Assembly: GCA_900234795.1 (NCBI GenBank)
Contig: LT962688.1
Coordinates: 1,320,001-1,352,000 of the forward strand
Length of the DNA: 32,000 bases
Origin: Methylorubrum extorquens
Lineage (GTDB): Bacteria; Pseudomonadota; Alphaproteobacteria; Rhizobiales; Beijerinckiaceae
Reading direction: 5' to 3'
This document shows, in pieces, positions 11,561 through 18,410 of the stretch (position 1 is the first letter of the stretch; each line of letters starts with the position of its first letter). Made by a program: the position numbers and the translations under genes. A model generated the notes under the pieces. It was not told where the DNA came from and did no database searches. It was given only the letters and a program-made list of their open reading frames with translations.

Positions 11561-12508
11561 ATGACTGGCCGACGCCTCTCCCTCGCTGCCGGTCCGCTGC
11601 TCGTCGCCGCGCTGGCGCTCCAGCCGCAGCCCGTGGAGGCGCAGGTCTCCTCCTTCCTCGACGGCCTGTTCGGCCGCAAGGAGGAGCCGCAGGCCCCTCC
11701 GGCCCGGGCGCCCGAGCCGGAGGCCGCCCCGGCCCCGGCCAAGAAGGCGGCAGCCAAGCCCGGCAAAGGACCAGACAAGGCGGCCGAGAAGAGCTCGGAG
11801 AAACCCGCTGAGAAGACGGGCAGCATCAAGGCGGCGGCCAAGCCCGGCGCGCCCGCTTCGGCGACGCCGGCAGCGAGCCCCAGCACGCGGGTCGCGGCGG
11901 TCGGAGCGCCGTCCCTCGGCGCCTCGCTGCAGGATGCCGACCCGGCCACCGTCGTGGCGGCGGCCAACAGCTATTTCAACGGCTTCCAGACCCTGACCGG
12001 TGGCTTCATCCAGATCGGCGCCGACGGGCGGCGCATTGGCGGCAAGCTCACGCTCGCCAAGCCCGGACGCCTGCGCTTCGAGTACGACCAGCCCTCCCCG
12101 CTCGAAGTGGTGGCCGACGGCACCTCGGTTGCCGTGCGCGACCGCAAGCTCGGCACCCAGGATCTCTACTTCATCTCGCAGACGCCGCTGAAATTCCTGC
12201 TGCGGGAGAAGATCGACCTCGCCCGCGACCTGACGGTGAGCGAAGTGACCAACGATCCGGGCGGCGTGCGCATCGGGCTGGAGGACCGCTCGACGCTGGG
12301 CGGCACCTCGAAGATCCAGCTCTTCTTCGACGCCGAGATGAAGACTCTGTCGCAATGGCGGATCACCGACCCGCAGGGCTATCTCACCACCGTGCAGCTC
12401 TCGAACCTGCAGAAGGGCAAGGCGGTCGATGGGTCGCTGTTCTTCATCAATTACGGCCGGTCCGAGGACAAGGCGATGCAGCAGCAGATCGAGGGACGAA
12501 ACCCCTGA
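11561..12508 (+). CDS. lolA: LolA-family outer-membrane lipoprotein carrier protein with a Lys/Ala/Pro-rich insertion of about 110 aa after the signal peptide
   Basis: The signal peptide is MTGRRLSLAAGPLLVAALALQPQPVEA. The LolA fold region is FQTLTGGFIQI...GKLTLAKPGRLRFEY...VVADGTSVAVRD. The gene sits directly downstream of ftsK. Confidence 0.8.
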   Translation: MTGRRLSLAAGPLLVAALALQPQPVEAQVSSFLDGLFGRKEEPQAPPARAPEPEAAPAPAKKAAAKPGKGPDKAAEKSSEKPAEKTGSIKAAAKPGAPASATPAASPSTRVAAVGAPSLGASLQDADPATVVAAANSYFNGFQTLTGGFIQIGADGRRIGGKLTLAKPGRLRFEYDQPSPLEVVADGTSVAVRDRKLGTQDLYFISQTPLKFLLREKIDLARDLTVSEVTNDPGGVRIGLEDRSTLGGTSKIQLFFDAEMKTLSQWRITDPQGYLTTVQLSNLQKGKAVDGSLFFINYGRSEDKAMQQQIEGRNP

Positions 12509-12725
12509 GTTGAGCGCGATGAGGGACGGCAACAACATGGATTGCTTTCCCCTCCGCATCACCGAAATGTGTTGTCACGCCTCGTGTTGAGTGCTCTGAA
12601 ATTCTTTGAATAACGGCCCGGATACGCTCCGGAGCATCCCGGCTTTAAGCATCCGTTGAGAGGAAAGCAGGCCTATAGGTGGGCCGTCCAGGTGGGGCGG
12701 CCTCCATAGGACGCTGTCCGGCCGC

Positions 12726-14423
12726 ATGTCCGCCCTCGCCGCTCCGTCGCTGTCGATCGCCCTGCCGTTCGAGGCGGCGCTGGCCGAGATGGCCGCGCCC
12801 CTGCTCCTGCTCGATGCGGGCGGCAGCGTCGTCTTCGCCAATGCCCACGCGGCGGCCTTGCTCGCCTGCGCCGAACCGGTCGGCCTTCCCCTCCCCGCCC
12901 TGCTGGTGCCCTTCGGTGCCGCGGAGCCGGAGGCCGAGCCCATCCTGGAGGCTGTACGCGCCGCCCGCCCTGTCCGGGCGCGGCTCACCCTCGGCGGCGA
13001 CCGCCGCGTCGAGGCGGCGCTGGCGCCACTCTCGGCCGGCGGCTTCGCCCTCACCTTCGAGGACGTGACCGAGCAACTCCGCGGCGCGGCCCTGGCCCGG
13101 CAGGAGCCGCTCACCGGCCTGTGCAACCGCGTCGGCCTGCACGACCGCCTCGACACGGCGCTGACCGAGGCGGCCCGGACGGGGGCACCACTCGCGGTGC
13201 TGATGCTCGACCTCGATCGGTTCAAGACGGTCAACGACACCCTCGGGCATCCGGTCGGCGATGCGCTCCTGCGCAAGGTCGCCGAGCGCCTGCGCCGGGC
13301 CACCCGCAGCGGGGATCTGGTCGCGCGGCTCGGCGGCGACGAGTTCGCCATCCTCCAAGTCGATCCCCAAGTCGGCCCCCAAGTCGGGCTCCATGCCGGC
13401 GTCGAGCAGCCGCACGCGGCCGAGGCCCTGGCACGCCGCCTCGTCGATCTCGTCGGGCGCACCTACGTCGTCGATGGCCACATGCTCAATGTCGGCGTCA
13501 GCGTCGGCGTCGCCATCGCCCCCGCCGACGGCCAGAACGCCGACGATCTGCTGAAACACGCCGACCTCGCGCTCTACCGGGCTAAGGCCGCGGGCCGGGG
13601 CACCTACCGCTTCTTCGAGCCGGCGATGAACGCGCAGATGCAGGCGCGCCGCGGCCTGGAGATCGACCTGCGCCGGGCAATGGCCCTCAAGCAGTTCGAT
13701 CTCGCCTTCCAGCCGCAGATCCAGCTGGAGAGCGGGGACGTCACGGGCTTCGAGGCGCTGCTGCGCTGGAACCACCCCAAGCGCGGACCGGTCTCGCCGG
13801 CCCTGTTCATCCCGTTGGCCGAGGAGATCGGCGTCATCGTCGGCATTGGCGAGTGGGTGTTGCGCACCGCCTGCCGCGAGGCGGCGCGCTGGCCGCACCC
13901 CGCATCGATCGCCGTGAACCTCTCGCCCGTGCAGTTCCGCGGCGGCCGGCTGGTCGAGACGGTGACGAACGTGCTGGCCCAGACCGGCCTCGACCCGGCC
14001 CGGCTGGAACTGGAGATCACCGAAGGCGCGCTCCTCGAGAACACCGACAGCGTGCTCGGCGTGCTGAACGGCCTGCGCGCGCTCGGCGTGAAGATCTCGA
14101 TGGACGATTTCGGCACCGGCTACTCGTCCCTGAGCTACCTGCAGAAATTCCCCTTCGACAAGATCAAGATCGACCAGTCCTTCGTCCGCGGCATGGAGGG
14201 CAATGCCGAGTGCGGGGCGATCGTGCGGGCCATCGCCCGGCTCGGCGCCAGCCTCGGCATGCGCACCACCGCCGAAGGGGTCGAGACGGCGACGCAACTC
14301 GACGCCATCCGCGCCGAGGGCTGCACCGAGGTCCAGGGCTACCTGACCGGACGCCCGATGCCGGCCGCCCAGGCCGCGGCCCTGTTGTCTGCCGCTCCCT
14401 CGCCCTCGACCTTGCCCGCCTGA
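12726..14423 (+). CDS. PAS-GGDEF-EAL c-di-GMP turnover protein
   Basis: The GGDEF motif is intact (RLGGDEFAIL), with an RxxD I-site five residues upstream (RSGD). The EAL signature residues are present (EALLRW, DDFGTGYSSL, KIDQSF, EGVET, QGY). The N-terminus is PAS-like. Confidence 0.9.
   Translation: MSALAAPSLSIALPFEAALAEMAAPLLLLDAGGSVVFANAHAAALLACAEPVGLPLPALLVPFGAAEPEAEPILEAVRAARPVRARLTLGGDRRVEAALAPLSAGGFALTFEDVTEQLRGAALARQEPLTGLCNRVGLHDRLDTALTEAARTGAPLAVLMLDLDRFKTVNDTLGHPVGDALLRKVAERLRRATRSGDLVARLGGDEFAILQVDPQVGPQVGLHAGVEQPHAAEALARRLVDLVGRTYVVDGHMLNVGVSVGVAIAPADGQNADDLLKHADLALYRAKAAGRGTYRFFEPAMNAQMQARRGLEIDLRRAMALKQFDLAFQPQIQLESGDVTGFEALLRWNHPKRGPVSPALFIPLAEEIGVIVGIGEWVLRTACREAARWPHPASIAVNLSPVQFRGGRLVETVTNVLAQTGLDPARLELEITEGALLENTDSVLGVLNGLRALGVKISMDDFGTGYSSLSYLQKFPFDKIKIDQSFVRGMEGNAECGAIVRAIARLGASLGMRTTAEGVETATQLDAIRAEGCTEVQGYLTGRPMPAAQAAALLSAAPSPSTLPA
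13356..13391 (+). repeat. in-frame 12-nt tandem repeat x3 immediately after the GGDEF motif (QVDP QVGP QVGL)
   Basis: The units are caagtcgatccc / caagtcggcccc / caagtcgggctc. Confidence 0.85.
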
Positions 14424-14439
14424 TCCAGGAGCCCGCCGA

Positions 14440-14886
14440 ATGAAGCCGAAAGACCTGCGCCGCCTCGTCTACTACAGCCGCAACCGGGTCGCCGGTGCCC
14501 CCGCGGCAATGGACGAGACGATCCGCGGCATCCTGGCCGCGAGCCGCACCAACAACGCCCGCATCGACGTCACCGGGGCGCTGATGTTCAACGCCGGCTG
14601 CTTCGCGCAGGTGCTGGAGGGGCCGGAAGACGCGGTCGAGGCTACCTTCGAGCGCATCCAGCAGGACGAGCGCCACGGCGAGGTCTCGCTGCTCGCCTTC
14701 GAGGCGGTGGAGACGCGCCTCTTCACCGATTGGTCGATGGCCTATGTCGGCGCCTCGCCGGACGACGCGGCCCGCTACGGCGACGTGGCCGGCGAGAGCG
14801 GCTTCGACCTCTCGCGGATGACGGGAGACCGGCTCTGCGCCATGCTGCACGGGCTTGCCCTGGAGGAGGAGGCGGCCGAGGCGTAG
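14440..14886 (+). CDS. short BLUF-domain (FAD blue-light sensor) protein
   Basis: All three BLUF signature residues are in context: Tyr in LVYYS, Gln in CFAQVLEG, and Trp-Ser-Met in FTDWSMAYV. AGGAG lies 8 nt upstream of the ATG. The gene starts 16 nt after the stop of the GGDEF-EAL gene. Confidence 0.9.
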   Translation: MKPKDLRRLVYYSRNRVAGAPAAMDETIRGILAASRTNNARIDVTGALMFNAGCFAQVLEGPEDAVEATFERIQQDERHGEVSLLAFEAVETRLFTDWSMAYVGASPDDAARYGDVAGESGFDLSRMTGDRLCAMLHGLALEEEAAEA

Positions 14887-14907
14887 TTTCCGAGCCGCAC
14901 GGGTTCC

Positions 14908-15006
14908 GCTAGAGACGCCAACCTGATCGTATCAGGTCGGCGCCTCCAGCTCCTGTTTCAACGCGCATTCTTTCGACGAACCGGTTTCCACTTCGTCGGA
15001 ATGCGC
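14908..15006. repeat. two-hairpin intergenic mosaic repeat, copy A (inverted relative to copy B at 27778-27884)
   Basis: Hairpin 1 is GCGCATTC-TTTCGACGAA / loop CCGGTTTCCAC / TTCGTCG-GAATGCGC (14963-15006). Hairpin 2 is GACGCCAACCTGAT-cgt-ATCAGGTCGGCGCC, flanked by CTAGAG...CTCCAG (14908-14950). Confidence 0.8.
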
Positions 15007-15050
15007 TTTATCGAAGCGGCTCGTCACGCCACGCTTCTCAGGCAATCCCC

Positions 15051-15860
15051 GTGCGCCTCACCGTCACGACCTGGAACATCAACTCGGTGCGTCTGCGCAT
15101 CGAGTCCGTGCTGCGCTTCCTCCGCGAGGCGCAGCCGGACGTGCTGTGCCTGCAGGAGACCAAGTGCCCCGACGACCTGTTCCCGCTCAAGGCGTTCAAG
15201 GGATCGGGCTACGAGAACATCGTCTTCGCCGGGCAGAAGGGCTATAACGGCGTCGCGATCATCTCGCGGTTTCCGCTGCTGACCCGCGACGTGATGAGCT
15301 TCTGCGAGCGGCCCGATGCGCGCCACATCTCGGCAGTGCTCGGGCCGGAGGCGGGACCGGCGGCGGGGATCGTGCTGCACGATTTCTACGTGCCCGCGGG
15401 CGGCGACATGCCCCACCGCGACCTCAACCCGAAATTCGCGCACAAGCTCGACTTCCTGTCCGAATTGCGGGTCTGGGGCGGGCGGCGGGTCTCCGGTCCG
15501 GCGATCCTGGTGGGCGACCTCAACGTCGCGCCGCTGGAGCACGACGTCTGGTCGCACAAGCAGCTGCTCGACGTGGTGAGCCACACCCCCGTCGAGACCG
15601 AGGCGCTCGAGACGCTGCGGGGCGAGGCCGGCTGGATCGATGCGGCGCGGCTCCTCACTCCGGAGCCGGAGAAGATCTACACGTGGTGGAGCTACCGCTC
15701 GCCGAACTGGGAACTCGCCAACAAGGGCCGGCGCCTCGACCACACCTGGGTCTCGCCCGATCTCACGGGCACTGTGCGCCGGGTCGCGGTGTTCCGCGAG
15801 GCGCGGGGCTGGGAGAGGCCGTCCGATCACGTCCCGGTGACGTTGACGTTGGAGCTCTGA
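15051..15860 (+). CDS. xthA: exodeoxyribonuclease III (AP endonuclease)
   Basis: GTG start. Typical Xth/EEP-family motifs are present: TWNINSVR...DVLCLQETK...GYNGVAI...GDLNVAP...DHTW...SDHVPV. Confidence 0.9.
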   Translation: MRLTVTTWNINSVRLRIESVLRFLREAQPDVLCLQETKCPDDLFPLKAFKGSGYENIVFAGQKGYNGVAIISRFPLLTRDVMSFCERPDARHISAVLGPEAGPAAGIVLHDFYVPAGGDMPHRDLNPKFAHKLDFLSELRVWGGRRVSGPAILVGDLNVAPLEHDVWSHKQLLDVVSHTPVETEALETLRGEAGWIDAARLLTPEPEKIYTWWSYRSPNWELANKGRRLDHTWVSPDLTGTVRRVAVFREARGWERPSDHVPVTLTLEL

Positions 15861-15929
15861 GCCGGGAACGCGGAAGCCCGTCCAGGCATTGGGTCTCCAA
15901 TCTGAGCTTTCGCAATGGAGTCCCACCGC

Positions 15930-16043
15930 ATGCGCTCGATCCTGCGCCAGATCGTCGTCGTCTTCCTGCTGCCTAAGGCCATCGGCTACCTGCGTCGCCG
16001 CTTCGGCGGCGGACGGGCGGCGGGTTCGCACCGCTCGTACTGA
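15930..16043 (+). CDS. candidate 37-aa small membrane protein (unannotated sORF)
   Basis: ATG at 15930 has GGAG 9 nt upstream (15917-15920). The peptide is MRSILRQIVVVFLLPKAIGYLRRRFGGGRAAGSHRSY: one hydrophobic helix followed by a basic tail. About 33 of 37 codons end in G or C, matching coding regions here. Hairpins follow the stop. Confidence 0.4.
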   Translation: MRSILRQIVVVFLLPKAIGYLRRRFGGGRAAGSHRSY

Positions 16044-16053
16044 GTGCGGGTTT

Positions 16054-16151
16054 CCAAAGGGATCATCCCTTTGGCGGGGTGCCGGGGCAGAGCCCCGGCC
16101 TCCCTTCAACCAGGGCTCTGCCCTGGACCCGCGAAAGGACCTGTCCTTTCG
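16054..16151. repeat. cluster of four consecutive GC-rich hairpins (REP-like / terminator cluster) between convergent genes
   Basis: The hairpins are CCAAAGGGAT-c-ATCCCTTTGG (16054-16074), GCCGGGGC-aga-GCCCCGGC (16081-16099), CAGGGC-tct-GCCCTG (16111-16125) and CGAAAGGAC-ct-GTCCTTTCG (16132-16151). The last two overlap the final codons of the permease ORF. Confidence 0.75.
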
Positions 16152-17572
16152 AAACCCGGATTCCGGCCGACGCGCCGGCGGCTGTAGCCGAACCAGATCG
16201 CCAGTCCGAGGCCGAGCCAGGCCAGAAGGCGCAGCCACGTATCGCCGGGCAGGCTCGCCATCAGGGCGAGGCAGGCGAGGATGCCGAGCACCGGCACCAG
16301 GGCGCCGCCCGGCACGCGAAAGGGTCGCGCCCGCTCCGACTCCGTGCGGCGTAGGATCAGCACGCTGGCGCAGACGAGGATGAACGCGAACAGCGTCCCG
16401 ATGCTGACGAGTTCGCCGAGGATGTCGATTGGCACCAAAGCCGCCACCACGGCCGTGGCGAGACCGATCACCCCTTGCGCGACGAACGGCGTCCGGCTCC
16501 GTGCCCCGATCCGGGCAAACAGATCCGGCAGCATGTGGTCGCGGGCCATGGCGTAGCAGATCCGCGCTTGGCCATAGAGCGCGGTGAGCGCCGCGGTGGT
16601 GAGCCCGATCAACGCGCCCGCCTTGATCGCCGCGGAAAAGCCGGTCAGCCCCGTCACCGCCATGGCCCGCGCGATCGGGTCGGCCACGTCGAGGTCGCGA
16701 TAGGGCACGAGCCCGGTGAGCACGGCGGCCACCGCCACGTAGAGCGCCGCGGTGACGAGGAGCGAGCCGATCAGCCCCACCGGCGCATCCCGCTGCGGAT
16801 TGCGGGTCTCGCCGGCGGCGGTCGAGATGGTCTCGAAGCCGACATAGGCGAAGAACACGACCCCCGCCCCGCGAAAGATGCCGCTCCAGCCGAAGGCGCC
16901 GAACGTGCCTTCGTTCGGCGGCACCAGCGGCTGCCACAGTTCGGGCCGCAGATGCCCCGCGCCGAGGCCGAGGAAGGCGAGGATGATCGCGACCTTCAGC
17001 GCCACCAGCACGGCATTGGTGCGGGCCGCCTCCCGGTTGTCGCGCATCAGCAGGGCGGTGAGCGTCAGCACGACGAGCGCCGCCGGAAGGTTCACGATCC
17101 CGCCCTCCCCCGGCCCCGCGGCCAGCCATGCCGGCAGCCTCAGGCCCGCATCGGCGAGCAGGCTCTGCGCATAGCCCGACCAGCCGACGGCGATGGTCGC
17201 CGCCGCCATGGCGAATTCGAGAACCAGATCCCAGCCGATGATCCAGGCCGGCAGGGCGCCCAGCGTGACGTAGGTGTAGGAATAGGTCGAGCCGGCCACG
17301 GGGATCATCGCGGCGAGTTCGGCGTAGCACAGGGCCACCAGCCCGCTCGCGACCGCGCCGAGCACGAAGGAGAGCATCAGCCCCGGCCCGGCATAATTCG
17401 CCGCCGCCGTGCCGGTGAGCACGAAGATCCCCGCCCCGACGGTTGCGCCGACACCGATGCAGACGAGGCTGAAGGCGGAGAGGTTTCGGGCGAGCGCCGG
17501 ACCACCCGAATCGGCGGCGTCCGCGACGAGGGCGGCGATGGGCTTTCGGGCGCCGAGGGCGGAACGGGGCAT
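16106..17572 (-). CDS. APC-family amino acid permease (cationic amino acid transporter / YhdG-like)
   Basis: The N-terminal APC signature is LSAFSLVCIGVGATVGAGIFVLTG...CYAELAAMIPVAGSTYSYTYV. There are about 12 hydrophobic segments across 488 aa. Confidence 0.85.
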   Translation of the reverse strand: MPRSALGARKPIAALVADAADSGGPALARNLSAFSLVCIGVGATVGAGIFVLTGTAAANYAGPGLMLSFVLGAVASGLVALCYAELAAMIPVAGSTYSYTYVTLGALPAWIIGWDLVLEFAMAAATIAVGWSGYAQSLLADAGLRLPAWLAAGPGEGGIVNLPAALVVLTLTALLMRDNREAARTNAVLVALKVAIILAFLGLGAGHLRPELWQPLVPPNEGTFGAFGWSGIFRGAGVVFFAYVGFETISTAAGETRNPQRDAPVGLIGSLLVTAALYVAVAAVLTGLVPYRDLDVADPIARAMAVTGLTGFSAAIKAGALIGLTTAALTALYGQARICYAMARDHMLPDLFARIGARSRTPFVAQGVIGLATAVVAALVPIDILGELVSIGTLFAFILVCASVLILRRTESERARPFRVPGGALVPVLGILACLALMASLPGDTWLRLLAWLGLGLAIWFGYSRRRVGRNPGFERTGPFAGPGQSPG

Positions 17573-17871
17573 AGGGTCTCACGTGCCTGACCGGACTGCA
17601 TCCGGCGAAGCGAAAGCCGGGCCGGATGTGAGGCGGGATCGGGAAGCAGTATGGGGCGGATTTCGCCTCGACGGGCGGCGCCACTGGCACATCCCGCGAT
17701 TTCGTGTATGGTCCGCGCCGCCTCGACCCGGTTACCGGGCGGGGCTTGTGCCGCTTGCGGCTGACCGTGCTGGACGACATCCCGGCACCGGCCCGACCGC
17801 GAGTTTTTCAAAGGTGCCCTTCCCTCCCATGGGCGGCACCTCCGACCAAACCTCCATCTGAAAGGCCTGCG

Positions 17872-18141
17872 ATGTCGATCACGGCAGAGCGCAAGACCGC
17901 GCTCATCAAGGACTACGCCAAGGGCAACAAAGACACCGGCTCGCCGGAGGTCCAGATCGCCATCCTCACCGAGCGGATCACCAACCTGACCGCCCACTTC
18001 AAGACCCACGGCAAGGACAACCACTCCCGCCGCGGCCTCCTGAAGCTGGTCTCGCAGCGCCGCTCGCTGCTCGACTACCTGAAGCGCAAGGAAGAGGCGC
18101 GCTACCGCACCCTCATCGAGCGCCTCGGCATCCGCCGCTAA
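17872..18141 (+). CDS. rpsO: 30S ribosomal protein S15
   Basis: The 89-aa product is [89 protein letters not shown]. The rpsO-pnp order is conserved. Confidence 0.97.
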   Translation: MSITAERKTALIKDYAKGNKDTGSPEVQIAILTERITNLTAHFKTHGKDNHSRRGLLKLVSQRRSLLDYLKRKEEARYRTLIERLGIRR

Positions 18142-18158
18142 GGCCTGCCGAACCTTCG

Positions 18159-18184
18159 CGCGGTCCCCCACGGGGCCGCGTTTT
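18159..18184 (+). terminator. rpsO intrinsic terminator/attenuator
   Basis: The stem is CGCGG(t)CCCC / GGGGCCGCG with a 3-nt loop, followed by TTTT (18181-18184). Confidence 0.65.
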
Positions 18185-18320
18185 CACAAGCCGCGCTTCG
18201 CACGAAGTGGACGCCGGTTCGGCGTCGAAGAGCGCGGCAGACCAAAAAGGATCGCTCGGGCATGGGGCCCGGCCGGTCCGATCCGGGCGGCTTGAAGGCG
18301 CAGGGCGCCAGGGCAGGATC

Positions 18321-18352
18321 GCGAGACGCTTCCTTAAGACGAAGCGTCTCGC
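18321..18352 (+). promoter_or_regulatory. 12-bp perfect hairpin in the pnp 5' leader (candidate RNase III / autoregulation site)
   Basis: GCGAGACGCTTC-cttaagac-GAAGCGTCTCGC lies 59 nt upstream of the pnp ATG. The flanking GGCAGGAT / GTCTTGCC extends the stem imperfectly. Confidence 0.4.
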
Positions 18353-18410
18353 CGTCTTGCCTCTGGCGGCGCCGGGCTCAGCCCACCGCATGTTTGAAGG
18401 CGAGAGACAT

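Noticed and set aside
15024-17780. 918-aa minus-strand ORF spanning xthA and the permease region
   Set aside because: It overlaps xthA on the opposite strand and the permease in a different frame. The Arg/Pro/Gly-rich translation has no domain signature. It is a high-GC artefact.
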